Origin: Thermoanaerobaculia bacterium
GTDB taxonomy: Bacteria; Acidobacteriota; Thermoanaerobaculia; Multivoradales; JAHEKO01
DNA length: 63,477 nt
NCBI GenBank assembly: GCA_046756565.1
Contig: JBHHWO010000005.1
Coordinates: 1-63,477, forward strand
Direction of reading: 5' to 3'
The position numbers were made by a program, and so were the translations under genes. Position 1 is the first letter of the stretch; the number at the start of each line of letters is the position of its first letter. Under the pieces are notes generated by a model, which ran no database searches, was not told where the DNA came from, and worked only from the letters and a program-made list of their open reading frames with translations. Of the stretch, positions 27,929 through 38,039 are shown one piece after another.

Positions 27929-29878
27929 ATGTGCGGGATCGCGGGCTACACCGGAGCCGAAGAGGCCGGACTCCTGCGCCGGATGACCGACGCGATCCGC
28001 CATCGCGGGCCGGACGCCGAGGGCTTCCTCGAGCACTGCGACATACACCTCGGCTGCCGCCGGCTGCGGGTAATCGATCTCCCGGGCGGTGATCAGCCGA
28101 TCTTCAACGAAGATCGAACCATCGGCGTCGTCTACAACGGCGAGATCTACAACTACCGCGAGCTGCGGGCAGAGCTTCGCGAGCGCGGCCACGAGCTGTC
28201 CACGAAATCCGACACCGAATGCATCGTCCATCTCTACGAGGACGAGGGCCCCGACTGTTGCCGGCGTCTCGAAGGCATGTTCGCCTTCGCTCTCCTCGAC
28301 ATGCGCCGGCCGGAGAGCCCGAAGCTTCTGATCGCGCGCGATCAGGTCGGGATCAAGCCGCTCGTCTACCACTGGGACGGCCGGCGTCTGGTGTTCGCCT
28401 CCGAGGCCAAGAGCGTTCTCCTCCACCCGTCGGTTTCGGCCGAGCTCGACGCGGATGCCCTCCACCAGCTCCTCAACGTCCGTTTCGTTGCCGCCCCCCA
28501 GACGATGTTCCTGGGCATTCGACAGCTTCCGCCGGGCCACTACCTGACACTGACAAACGGCCTCCTGGAGGAGCGCCGGTATCACCAATGGAGTTTCCAA
28601 AGCCACGGCGGATCGAGCTTCGATGGCTCCCGTGAAGATGCGGCCGAGGGGTTCCTCGAGTCGCTGGCGCGCTGCCTCGACCGGCAGATGGTCGCAGATG
28701 TGCCGCTCGGGATTTTTCTGTCGGGCGGTCTCGACTCGAGCGCGCTTCTGGCCGGCGCGCGGCGCGCGGGCCATTCGGGCCGGCTCGAGACGTTCACCCT
28801 CGGCTTCAACGAGCCCACCGACGAGCTGGGTGATGCCGAGCTCGTCGCGCGGCACTTCGACACCGAGCACCACCCCACCAGCCTCTCGGCCGAGCCGCTC
28901 GCGCTCTTCCCACGCATCGTTCACCACGCCGAGATGCCCAAGGTCAATGCCGCCCAGGGTTATTACCTGTCGCGGTTCGCCCGAAAACGGGTCACGGTGG
29001 CGCTGTCCGGCCTCGGCGGCGACGAGCTCTTCCTGGGCTACGACATCTACCGGTATCTGGAACCGGGCAGGTTCCTGGTCGACGGACCGCTCGCTCCGGT
29101 TCTGGCCCTGGCCCGGCCGCTCTTCGACGGCATGGCGAGGTTATTCGACCGCCTCTCCGGGCCTCGCGGCGAGAATCCGCGCCGCATGATCGAGCTGCTG
29201 GCGTCGGCGGACGATCCGATGCGCTACTACCTGACCCTACGAAACAGCTGGGACCTGGGGGATGCTACGGCCGGCAAGCTCTACCGAGGCGGCTGGCGGT
29301 CGCGGATCGGCCGGACTACGCGCCAGGCCCTCGAGCCCTACTTCGATCGGCCTGACCTGCCCGTGGTGGAACAGGTTCAGTGGGCCGAGTTCCGCGCCAA
29401 GATGGTCGACGACTTCCTGCTCAATGAAGATCGCATGTCGATGGCGAGCTCCCTCGAGGTCCGGGTTCCCCTCCTCGACGTGGACATGGTCGACTTCGCC
29501 TTCTCGCTCCCGCTGGCCCTCAGATTCGAGGGTCGGCGCAACAAGCCGGTCATGAAGCGCGCCTTGAGCCCGCTTCTGCCGCCCGAGATCCTACGCAAGA
29601 AGAAATGGGGATTCACCTTCAATCCGTACGAGCAGTTCCGCAAAGACCTGGGCGCGGTGTGCGAGCGAGAGCTGACCCGAAGCTTCATCGAGGCCCAAGG
29701 GGTCTTTCGCTACGAATTCGTGCGCCGTATCCTGGAGGCCAAGCCGTCGCCGCTCCTGCGCTGGCATTACTTCATGCTCTGGCAGATCCTGGGCCTGAAG
29801 TTCTGGCAGGAGCTGTTCCTCGAGGGGACAGGATACGAGGAGATCGAAGACCGCATCCGGCGGGAGTCGGCCGCGTGA
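27929..29878 (+). CDS. asnB: Asparagine synthase-family glutamine amidotransferase
   Basis: MCGIAG N-terminus; HRGPD, YNGEIYN, LSGGLDS, SGLGGDE and SLEVRVP motifs. Confidence 0.92.
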   Translation: MCGIAGYTGAEEAGLLRRMTDAIRHRGPDAEGFLEHCDIHLGCRRLRVIDLPGGDQPIFNEDRTIGVVYNGEIYNYRELRAELRERGHELSTKSDTECIVHLYEDEGPDCCRRLEGMFAFALLDMRRPESPKLLIARDQVGIKPLVYHWDGRRLVFASEAKSVLLHPSVSAELDADALHQLLNVRFVAAPQTMFLGIRQLPPGHYLTLTNGLLEERRYHQWSFQSHGGSSFDGSREDAAEGFLESLARCLDRQMVADVPLGIFLSGGLDSSALLAGARRAGHSGRLETFTLGFNEPTDELGDAELVARHFDTEHHPTSLSAEPLALFPRIVHHAEMPKVNAAQGYYLSRFARKRVTVALSGLGGDELFLGYDIYRYLEPGRFLVDGPLAPVLALARPLFDGMARLFDRLSGPRGENPRRMIELLASADDPMRYYLTLRNSWDLGDATAGKLYRGGWRSRIGRTTRQALEPYFDRPDLPVVEQVQWAEFRAKMVDDFLLNEDRMSMASSLEVRVPLLDVDMVDFAFSLPLALRFEGRRNKPVMKRALSPLLPPEILRKKKWGFTFNPYEQFRKDLGAVCERELTRSFIEAQGVFRYEFVRRILEAKPSPLLRWHYFMLWQILGLKFWQELFLEGTGYEEIEDRIRRESAA

Positions 29879-31080
29879 GCGAGGCGACGTCCCACGAACG
29901 GGTCGCCGAGGTCCTCGAGGCGACGTTGGCCTACTCCCGGGCCGAGGGCTACGCCGGCTACAACAAGCACGATGGGCTCAACAGCCCGATCCTGGCCCCG
30001 ATTCTGGGGTGGGCCAAGTGGCCTCGGCTGGCGGGAACGCAGCTGGTCATGCGGTTTCCCTGGAATCTGCGGCCGGCTCTGCGAGTCCCCAAGACGCGGA
30101 ACGCCAAGGGCCAGGGGCTGTTCGCGAGCGCGTATCTCGATCTCTGGGAACGGCGCGCCCGTAGCGAAGACCTCGATCGGGCGATCGAGCGTCTCGATTG
30201 GCTCCTCGAGCATCCCGCGGCGGGCTTCCCGGGTATGTCCTGGGGGTATCCCTACCCGTGGCAGGACGTCGGCTTCTATGCCCCGAAGCTCTTTCCGAAT
30301 CGAGTCGTGACCTGCTGGATCGGCTTCGCCCTCGTCGCGGCGGCCAGAGCGACCGGCGAGCAGCGTTACCTCGATGCGCTGCCCCGCATTGCCGAGTTCC
30401 TGACCACGACACCGAACGTGCTTGAAGACAACTCCCGCATGAAATGCTACAGCTACGTCCCGGATCCGCGAGTCACCTGGGCGGTGATGGACGTGCCGGC
30501 CCTGGTCGGGGCGTTTCTGGCCGAGGCGGCCGGCATCGTCGATCTCCAAGCTGCCAGCGAAGCCACCAGACTCCTGAACTGGGTCGCCGACAAGCAGACC
30601 GACTACGGCGCCTGGCACTACACGCACCCGCCCGGCGATTCCCACATCGTTCACGACAACTACCATTCGGCGATCATCCTCGACTGCTTCGACCGTTACC
30701 GCGAAGCCACCGGCGACGACCGCTTCGACGAGGTGTACCGCCAAGGGCTGCGCTTTTACAGCGACGAGCTGGTCTCCGCCGAGGGGGCGCCGCGGTGGAT
30801 GAGTGACCGCGAGCATCCCTACGACATCCACGGCGCGGCGTCGGGCATCCTCTGCCTCGCTCGCGCCGGTCGACGGTTCCCCGGGTACCGCGAGCTCGCC
30901 GAGCGAATGGTCTCCTGGACCCTCCGGCACATGTACGACCCGAGGGGGTATTTCTACTACCAAAAGCGGCCCGGGGGCACCCGCAGGTTTCTCCTCATGC
31001 GCTGGGCCAACGCCTGGATGAGCCACGCGCTGGCGTACTATCTGCGGGCGACCGGCGGCTCGGTCGTAAACACCCAATGA
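29875..31080 (+). CDS. Polysaccharide-locus alpha/alpha-toroid hypothetical protein
   Basis: DGLNSP, WGYPYPWQ, DNYH, PYDIH, GYFYYQ and MRWANAWM motifs, as seen in glycan-cluster proteins. GTGA overlap. Confidence 0.65.
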   Translation: MSEATSHERVAEVLEATLAYSRAEGYAGYNKHDGLNSPILAPILGWAKWPRLAGTQLVMRFPWNLRPALRVPKTRNAKGQGLFASAYLDLWERRARSEDLDRAIERLDWLLEHPAAGFPGMSWGYPYPWQDVGFYAPKLFPNRVVTCWIGFALVAAARATGEQRYLDALPRIAEFLTTTPNVLEDNSRMKCYSYVPDPRVTWAVMDVPALVGAFLAEAAGIVDLQAASEATRLLNWVADKQTDYGAWHYTHPPGDSHIVHDNYHSAIILDCFDRYREATGDDRFDEVYRQGLRFYSDELVSAEGAPRWMSDREHPYDIHGAASGILCLARAGRRFPGYRELAERMVSWTLRHMYDPRGYFYYQKRPGGTRRFLLMRWANAWMSHALAYYLRATGGSVVNTQ

Positions 31081-31895
31081 GTGCTCGCTCTTTCAGCTTT
31101 CCGCTCGGCCTGGACTCCAAGATCTCCGGACCCGAGCGCCTCTATATCCGGGTCTTCGGCACCCCGATCCTGGGACTGAGAATCCGGGCGCGATATCTCC
31201 TGCCGGTGCTTCGTGACCTCGAGCGAGAACCATTCCGGGTGATCGCCGATGCCGGGAGCGGTCGAGGACTGTTCGCTCTCCATCTCGCGCGGCGCTTCCC
31301 CGAGGCACAAGTCACCGGATTGGACATCGACGAGGATCAGGTCGAACGCAACAACTCGATCGCTACGCGGCTCGGGTACGGGAACTGCTCCTTCCGGATC
31401 CAGGACGTGACACGCCTCGACGAGGGCCCACCGTCCGACTTCATTCTCTCGACCGACAACCTCGAGCACCTCGAAGACGACCGCCGGCAGTGTGGGGTGT
31501 TCTTCAGATCGCTCGAGCCCGGAGGCCGGATCCTCATCCACACGCCGCACGAGACCCGCAAGGTCTTCGGGCTGAAGCGGCAGAACTTCATGGGCATCGA
31601 GGGACACGTACGCCCCGGCTACACGGTGCCGGGACTCTCCGCGATGCTCGAAGAAGCGGGCTTCGAGATAGAGCAGGGCTTCCACAGCTACGGCTCGTTC
31701 GAGACGCTGGCCAACGACATCTCGTATTTGATTACCGGCGGCCGCGAGAAGAGAAGATGGCTTTACGCGGCGGCCTTTCCAGGGCTGCTCCTGCTGTCTC
31801 GGCTCGGCCGCCTCTCCAAGCCCCGCGAAGGCAGCGGCGTCGTGATCCTGGCCCGCAAGCCGAAGTCGGAACCGGCATCGGTGGCGCGGACGTGA
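31077..31895 (+). CDS. Class I SAM-dependent methyltransferase
   Basis: DAGSGRG, DNLEH and GHVRPGY motifs. Confidence 0.85.
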   Translation: MSARSFSFPLGLDSKISGPERLYIRVFGTPILGLRIRARYLLPVLRDLEREPFRVIADAGSGRGLFALHLARRFPEAQVTGLDIDEDQVERNNSIATRLGYGNCSFRIQDVTRLDEGPPSDFILSTDNLEHLEDDRRQCGVFFRSLEPGGRILIHTPHETRKVFGLKRQNFMGIEGHVRPGYTVPGLSAMLEEAGFEIEQGFHSYGSFETLANDISYLITGGREKRRWLYAAAFPGLLLLSRLGRLSKPREGSGVVILARKPKSEPASVART

Positions 31896-32659
31896 GCAGC
31901 GATCTCCAGCGTGTTCGTTCCTTCTGGGAAGACCACGTCAACAACGAGTACTACACTCGACACGCTCGCGGCTCGAGGGCGTACTTCGCCGAGATCGAGC
32001 GCCGGCGCTACAAGTTCCACTACCACCTCCCGGAGCTCTTCGAGCGGATCCGGTCACACGGGACCGAAGGCAAGCGGCTGCTGGAGATCGGCTGTGGGAT
32101 CGGGATCGATACGCTGCGGCTCGCCAAGCTCGGATTCCGAGAGGTCGTGGCGGCGGACCTGACCGAGACCGCCATAGCGATCGCCTCCAAGCGCGCCCGA
32201 CATGAGGGTATCGCCAATGTCCGGTTCGTAACCGCCAACGCGGAAAGCCTCGAGTTTTCGGAGGGCGCCTTCGATGCGATCTATTCGTTCGGAGTCATCC
32301 ATCACACCGCCGACATCGGCCGGGCGGTCGCGGAGATCCACCGTGTGCTGGCTCCCGGAGGACGGGCCTACGTGATGATCTACCACCGTCGCAGCCTGGT
32401 CGCCGCCGTTCATGAACTGTTTCGGCTGCCCTACGAATCGCCGAAGGATCTCGAGGACGAGTGCCCAGTGGTGCTGCGCCACTCCAGGGCCGAAGCCGAG
32501 CATCTCTTCGGCGACTTCGACCGGGTCGAGATCCACGCCGACTACCCCTTCACCTACGGCATGCGTTTCGTCTCGTGGGCGGTCCCGAAGGCGCTCCAGC
32601 GCGGCCTCGGCCGGCTCATCGGCTGGCACCTCATGATCGAGGCGAGCAAAACCGTCTAG
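31892..32659 (+). CDS. Class I SAM-dependent methyltransferase
   Basis: LEIGCGIG, SFGVIHH and HRVLAPGG motifs. GTGA overlap. Confidence 0.88.
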   Translation: MSSDLQRVRSFWEDHVNNEYYTRHARGSRAYFAEIERRRYKFHYHLPELFERIRSHGTEGKRLLEIGCGIGIDTLRLAKLGFREVVAADLTETAIAIASKRARHEGIANVRFVTANAESLEFSEGAFDAIYSFGVIHHTADIGRAVAEIHRVLAPGGRAYVMIYHRRSLVAAVHELFRLPYESPKDLEDECPVVLRHSRAEAEHLFGDFDRVEIHADYPFTYGMRFVSWAVPKALQRGLGRLIGWHLMIEASKTV

Positions 32660-32670
32660 CTCGGCGACCG

Positions 32671-33468
32671 CTACGGCTTTTCGAAGACGTAGCCGACGCG
32701 GCGACCGAAATAGCCCGCGGTTCTCAGCGCCGCGAAGACCGCCTTCGCCGGCCAGCGAACGAAGAACGGATACCCGTCCAGCCATACGTCGGGAGGCGAG
32801 ATGCTGGACGCGAAGCGCTTCGGCACCAACCCGGCCTGGCGGCCCATGCGCCGGATCTCCAGCGGCGAGAAAAGATGGACGTAGCCGTAGTGCAGCGCGT
32901 CGTCTCGCCTCATCTTCCAGATTCCAGCGGCGTACGGCAGGCACCACCAGTTGGGCACGGTAACCACTACGTGCCCGCCGGAGCGAGTCGTACGCGCCAT
33001 TTCGTCGATCGAGGCCTGGCGGGCTTCCGGCGTGGGCAGATGGTCGACGGTGGACATCGACACCGAAAGATCGAAGCCGCCGTCTTCGAACGGCAGCGCG
33101 GTGGCGTCCGCATATTGAAACTCGAACTTGCGTGCCAGGTCGGGATGAAGCTCCTCGTCCACGATCTCCCGGGCGACGTCCAGTGATTCCTGACTGATGT
33201 CGATCGAGATCCAGTGCTCGACCTTCCGCGCGTAGTAGATCTCGTCGACCGGGAACGAGCAGCCGATATTGAGAATCCTCTTGCCGTGGACTCCGACATG
33301 CTCCATGAGTGTGTAGTCGCTCCGCATCTTCGAGTACATGTAGGTGTACTGGTCCCGGGGATCGTCGTCTCGGAACTTGTAGGCCATCTGCTCATAGGCC
33401 TCGAGCGCGGCCGGGGCGATGGAGCCGCGTGCCTGTCCGTTCTCGAGAGAGGTGCTCTGGTCAGTCAT
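32671..33468 (-). CDS. Class I SAM-dependent methyltransferase
   Basis: LNIGCS (variant motif I), IDIS, DATALPFEDGGFD. Confidence 0.82.
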   Translation of the reverse strand: MTDQSTSLENGQARGSIAPAALEAYEQMAYKFRDDDPRDQYTYMYSKMRSDYTLMEHVGVHGKRILNIGCSFPVDEIYYARKVEHWISIDISQESLDVAREIVDEELHPDLARKFEFQYADATALPFEDGGFDLSVSMSTVDHLPTPEARQASIDEMARTTRSGGHVVVTVPNWWCLPYAAGIWKMRRDDALHYGYVHLFSPLEIRRMGRQAGLVPKRFASSISPPDVWLDGYPFFVRWPAKAVFAALRTAGYFGRRVGYVFEKP

Positions 33469-34435
33469 CCAATTTGCTCCGCCGCGTCGCCGACTGATTG
33501 GCGAGCTCGAGCTTGCGGACCTTTTCGAGCAGCGACTCGATCAACTTTCGGTTCGAGTCGATCAGGTCGGCGACCAGCCCGACCGTGAAGGTCGTGAAGC
33601 CGATGAGAATCAGGACTCCGCCCAGGATCAGGGACTGGAGATGACCACCGCCGCCGTCGGTGAAGTAAAAGTAGAGAAAACGAGCTACCGGCACGAGGCC
33701 GGCTACGAAGATCACCGTTCCGACAAAAGTGAACACCTTGAGCGGCTGATACATCGTATAGCTGCGAACCATCGTGGTCACCGAACGAACCACGAACTGG
33801 GGAATGCTCTTGGACAGCCGGGACGGCCTGACGTCGGGGTTGACCCCGATCGGCACCGAGACCACGGCCATGCCGTCGTGACCCGCCTGAATCACGGTTT
33901 CGATCGTGTAGCTGAAGCTGGTGACGATGTTGAGCTTGAGCGCCGCGGAGCGCGACAGGGCGCGGAAGCCCGATACGGCGTCCGGAACCTTGGTCCCGGA
34001 GAGCCGGCGCACGACCCCGCTACCGAGCCGCTGGAGCAGCTTCTTGATCCAGGAAAAACCGGCGATCGTGCCGGTCTGGCGGTCCCCGATGACGACGTCG
34101 GCACGGCCCTCGAGAATCGGCTGAACCAGCTTGGGAATGTCCGCTCCCACGTACTGGTTGTCCGCGTCGGTGTTGACGATGATGTCGGCGCCAAGCTCGA
34201 GGCAGGTGTCGAGACCGGTCCGAAACGCACGGGCGAGCCCTCTGTTCTTGGTGTGCCGAACGACGTGGTCGGCACCAGCTTCGCGGGCGACCGTCTCTGT
34301 GCCGTCACTGCTGCCGTCGTCGACCACGAGCACGCGAACGCTCTCCACACCCGGGATCTCACGAGGGATATCCGCAATCGCGGCCGGCAGGCTTCCAGCT
34401 TCGTTATAGGCAGGGATCTGAACGATGAGGTTCAC
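33461..34435 (-). CDS. Dpm1-like GT2 glycosyltransferase with two C-terminal TM helices
   Basis: IPAYNEA, VDDGSSD, DADNQY and DAVSGFRA motifs. Start placed at GTG 34435. Confidence 0.88.
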   Translation of the reverse strand: MNLIVQIPAYNEAGSLPAAIADIPREIPGVESVRVLVVDDGSSDGTETVAREAGADHVVRHTKNRGLARAFRTGLDTCLELGADIIVNTDADNQYVGADIPKLVQPILEGRADVVIGDRQTGTIAGFSWIKKLLQRLGSGVVRRLSGTKVPDAVSGFRALSRSAALKLNIVTSFSYTIETVIQAGHDGMAVVSVPIGVNPDVRPSRLSKSIPQFVVRSVTTMVRSYTMYQPLKVFTFVGTVIFVAGLVPVARFLYFYFTDGGGGHLQSLILGGVLILIGFTTFTVGLVADLIDSNRKLIESLLEKVRKLELANQSATRRSKLDD

Positions 34436-34546
34436 GGGCGGCAGTGATCCTAGCAGTGCCGGGTCCGCGTGAGCCAGCAAGCCAGGTAGGCGATCACCCC
34501 CTGCTGCTACCATCCGAAGGCACGCTCGGAGTAGTGTCCAACGCTC

Positions 34547-37510
34547 GTGCGGACCCGACCTACGATCTCGATGCAGCGCACCGTAGCCAGACGCTGGCTT
34601 GCAGCCCTTCTGCTCACGAGCGCCCTTCTGAACGCGACCCCCTTGTGGTGGGGGCTGCCCGCCGATCCCGGCTGGGCCTTCGACGAGATTACTCCCAGGA
34701 ACGTGGCCGGAGCCTGGCCGGCGCGCTACCCGCCTGGCCATCGCTATGTTCTCGCAGGCCTGTATGGACCGCTCGAGTCTCTCTACGACGCCGGTCTTCT
34801 GAGGGGTGACCCCTACCAGGGAAGGTTTCTGGCCGGGCGAGCGCTCTCGGTCCTGATGGCGACTCTGACCGTTCTGCTGGCCTATCGCGTCGCTCGGACG
34901 CTACACGTGCGGCGCCGGGGGGCGCTCCTGGGGGCGGCCCTTCTGGCGCTCGGACCGACGTTCGTTTACTACGCCAAAACCGCGAACCTCGATGCTCCCT
35001 ATCTGTTCTGGTTCGCCCTCGCGCTGCTCCTCTTCGTGAGGGCGCTTCGAAAGCGCAGAGCGGTCGACTTCGCTCTCTTCGCCGCCACCGGCGTCTTCAG
35101 TTTCTGCACCAAAGACCAAGCCGCGTTTCTGTACGTCCTGACGCCGGTCGCTCTACTCACACCGCTGGTCGCCGAGCGCGCTCGAGCGGGCTCGGCTCGA
35201 ACGCGAGCGCTTATTGCTACGCTCCTCGATCCGCGCATGTTGATCGCGGCGGCCGCGGCGCTCGGCACGTTTGCCCTGGTCTACAAAGGCGTCTTCGGAG
35301 CAAGGGAATTCGAACGACACTTCGAGCTTCTGACCACCGCCGACTACGAAGCCGGACGCCAACACGCGAACGCCATCGCGGGATACGCCTCGTTTACATG
35401 GCAATCGGTCGTCAACCTGTGGTTCGTGATGAGCGGCCCGGCGTGTCTGGCCGCCGTCGTGGGGCTGTGGCTGGCTCTCGTCTCCAAGCCGCGTCCATCG
35501 TTGATGCTGGCGCCGCTCCTCCTAGTGGTGCCCTACCAGATCGGCCTGATGGTCTTCGTAGGTCTCGCCTACGATCGCCATCTACTGCCGATCGCGCTCG
35601 TGGCGGCCGTCTTCGGCGGCGTGGCGCTCGACCGGCTACTCTCCTGGGAGAGCCTCCCCAGAGCTCTGAGGCGAGCCGCGGTCGCCTTCGTTCTCATCCT
35701 GGCGTTCGCGCGTGCGGCGTCCTTCGACGCCATGATGGCGGCCGACCCTCGTTACTCGGCGGAGGCCTGGATCGAGGAGCTCGATCCGGAAACCAGAATC
35801 GTAGGCCTGGGCCACGAGCCCTCCCTTCCTCGCGGCATCTCGACCATCACCCACCCTTTCCAGCCCGAGTTCGTCGGCCGCATTCGGCTTCTGCCCGGGG
35901 CCTTTCACGATTGCTGGACGCTGCGCGCGTTGGACGCGGAGTGGATCGTGCCGAGTCACGCGAGCCAGCTCGAGGGACCCGGAGTCAACTACGAACCGGC
36001 CAAGCGATTTGCGAACCCGTTCGCGAATCGGCTGAACCGTACCGGCGGAGCGGTCACCAACCTCGACAAGATCCCACGCAACGTCACGATCTGGAGGCGA
36101 AACGACGACCCCTGCCTCGAGCGCAGTGACATCGGGCGCTTGCTCGCAGCGCTGGCGGGCGGGTCCGAGAGCTGGACTTCGGGGACCGCTCAACGGGCGG
36201 TGGCGGCCGGCGGCCCGGGCAGGGAATTGGGCTCGAACCGGATGCGAGTCTTGCGAGCCACTCGGGATCTGCGCACCCGAGGCGTCGACCCGATCGGGAT
36301 TCTGGTCGACAACCGCGCCGCCTACCCTCGCTCGTTCGAGCTCGAGCTCGCGACCGCGGCCCCTGGTGACGTGTACCCGATCCAGGTGTCCATTCGCGGC
36401 GCGGCCGGAACCGAGCGTCACGCATTGATCGCACCGGGCAAGACCTGGGTTTCGCTACCGGTCGCCGCGCCGGGCGGACTCGAGCTGTTCGTGCTCTCGT
36501 CCGACAAAGAGTGGATCAACAGCGCCCGCGACCCGCGGTTGGTGGGTCCAAAACTGACCGAGGCACCCGGCCTCGTCGGGGAGCGGCGCGCCTTCTTGCG
36601 AGAGCTCTCGGGCCTCGCTGACGGGTCGCTCGAGATCAACCCCGCACTGGTGGCCGACAGCGTCCTCACCGCCGGCCGGCCGTGGACCGAGGACCTCGCC
36701 ACGGCCGGGCTGAGCACCCACCAAAGACTCACGACGATCGCCGCGGTCGCCGCCCGCAATCCGAGCGAGATCGATCGCGCGGTCGACATTCGCCTCGGGC
36801 TACCGTCGCCCGAGACCCCAACGCCGACCATCATCGCGCTCGGGGGCGTCCCCCGGCGGACCAGCGGGGGCGCCGCTGCAATGAGTGCCCGAGGCAGGAC
36901 TCGCGGGATCCGGCTCGGCACCGTACCGGCCGGCACAAATCGGCTCTTCCTGTTGCAGCCGACCCACACCGCCGGACCGGCACCGAAGCTACTCGAGTTG
37001 CAGTGGCGCCCAGCCGAGACGCGCGAAGCGCTCCATCGGCGCATGGCGGAGCTGCAGACGGCCGGCGCGGCCGAGCGCGATCTCTTCGTCCGCGAGGTGC
37101 GTCAGGGACTCTACGAGGGCGTCTCGGTCAACGACTCCAGTACCGGAAGTGGGTCCGATTTCTACCTCGGCGCATCCAGCGACAACTGGATCGGAGCGGC
37201 ACAGCCCGCCGGTCTGGTGCTCACGAACCCCGCGCAGCGGACCATGGCCGCCTGGATCGACCTCGTTTGTCCGAAAGCGCCGGCGGCCCGGGGCATCCGG
37301 GCCTTCGTCGACGGTGGTGAGTCGGTGCGCTCGATCACTTGCGACCAGCCGGGCCGTATCCGGGTTCCGATCGGCACCGTGGGCGGCGGCCTGGATCGAC
37401 TCGTGCTGATCTGGACCGACCGGACTTGGAGTCCGGGCCCGAGCGATCCCCGCTCGCTCGCCGTTCAGATTCCGCGCGTGCGGTGGCGACGAAACGAGGG
37501 CGACAAGTAG
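34547..37510 (+). CDS. GT-C (ArnT/PMT_2-like) glycosyltransferase with long repeated extracytoplasmic tail
   Basis: FDE first-loop motif; YPP, GRALS, ANLD, TK and RHLLP motifs; many TM helices. Start may be ATG 34571. Confidence 0.8.
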   Translation: MRTRPTISMQRTVARRWLAALLLTSALLNATPLWWGLPADPGWAFDEITPRNVAGAWPARYPPGHRYVLAGLYGPLESLYDAGLLRGDPYQGRFLAGRALSVLMATLTVLLAYRVARTLHVRRRGALLGAALLALGPTFVYYAKTANLDAPYLFWFALALLLFVRALRKRRAVDFALFAATGVFSFCTKDQAAFLYVLTPVALLTPLVAERARAGSARTRALIATLLDPRMLIAAAAALGTFALVYKGVFGAREFERHFELLTTADYEAGRQHANAIAGYASFTWQSVVNLWFVMSGPACLAAVVGLWLALVSKPRPSLMLAPLLLVVPYQIGLMVFVGLAYDRHLLPIALVAAVFGGVALDRLLSWESLPRALRRAAVAFVLILAFARAASFDAMMAADPRYSAEAWIEELDPETRIVGLGHEPSLPRGISTITHPFQPEFVGRIRLLPGAFHDCWTLRALDAEWIVPSHASQLEGPGVNYEPAKRFANPFANRLNRTGGAVTNLDKIPRNVTIWRRNDDPCLERSDIGRLLAALAGGSESWTSGTAQRAVAAGGPGRELGSNRMRVLRATRDLRTRGVDPIGILVDNRAAYPRSFELELATAAPGDVYPIQVSIRGAAGTERHALIAPGKTWVSLPVAAPGGLELFVLSSDKEWINSARDPRLVGPKLTEAPGLVGERRAFLRELSGLADGSLEINPALVADSVLTAGRPWTEDLATAGLSTHQRLTTIAAVAARNPSEIDRAVDIRLGLPSPETPTPTIIALGGVPRRTSGGAAAMSARGRTRGIRLGTVPAGTNRLFLLQPTHTAGPAPKLLELQWRPAETREALHRRMAELQTAGAAERDLFVREVRQGLYEGVSVNDSSTGSGSDFYLGASSDNWIGAAQPAGLVLTNPAQRTMAAWIDLVCPKAPAARGIRAFVDGGESVRSITCDQPGRIRVPIGTVGGGLDRLVLIWTDRTWSPGPSDPRSLAVQIPRVRWRRNEGDK

Positions 37511-37519
37511 ACCGTTCGG

Positions 37520-37999
37520 TTACCAGGCCTTCCAGTCCTCCGGCTCGCTCTGAGCCGGCGTCTCGATGTCCGCGTCCACAGCGGGCTCCCGAGCAGGCTC
37601 GGCGACCGCCTTCTTCGGTCGGCTTCGGCGCCGTATCGCCCTTGCCGGCTTGCTGACGGCTCTTGCGGTTATCTTCCGCGCCGCCTTACGGCCTGGCACC
37701 CGGCGAACCGTCGACCCGCCGGCGGTCTCGGTCACCTCCGAAAGCCATCCGAGGGTCGACTCCAGAGTCTCGGAGTTCAGGCTGTAGAAGCGCTCCCGCC
37801 CCGATCGCTCTTCGCGGACCAGCGTGCCCTCGCGCAGGATCCTGAGATGCTTCGAGACCGCCGGCCGGCTGATCGAGGGAAAGTGGCCGGCGATCATCCG
37901 AACCGGTAACGGGCCGGCGGCGAGCAGATTCACGATCTCGCGCCGGGTGGGATCCGAAAGCCCACGAAAGGGGTCAGTGATGTCGACGGGCGCCGGCAC
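37520..37999 (-). CDS. ArsR/SmtB family regulator
   Basis: LSDPTRREI, SRPAVSKHLRILRE and GRERFY motifs; charged low-complexity tail. Confidence 0.88.
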   Translation of the reverse strand: MPAPVDITDPFRGLSDPTRREIVNLLAAGPLPVRMIAGHFPSISRPAVSKHLRILREGTLVREERSGRERFYSLNSETLESTLGWLSEVTETAGGSTVRRVPGRKAARKITARAVSKPARAIRRRSRPKKAVAEPAREPAVDADIETPAQSEPEDWKAW

Positions 38000-38039
38000 G
38001 CCCCGAGTATAGAACCGAGTTCGGTAACTGTCGAGTTAC

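Noticed and set aside
27929-29878. Lasso-peptide cyclase (AsnB-like)
   Set aside because: The N-terminal Cys glutaminase domain is intact, no precursor, B protein or RRE is present, and the context is glycan synthesis.
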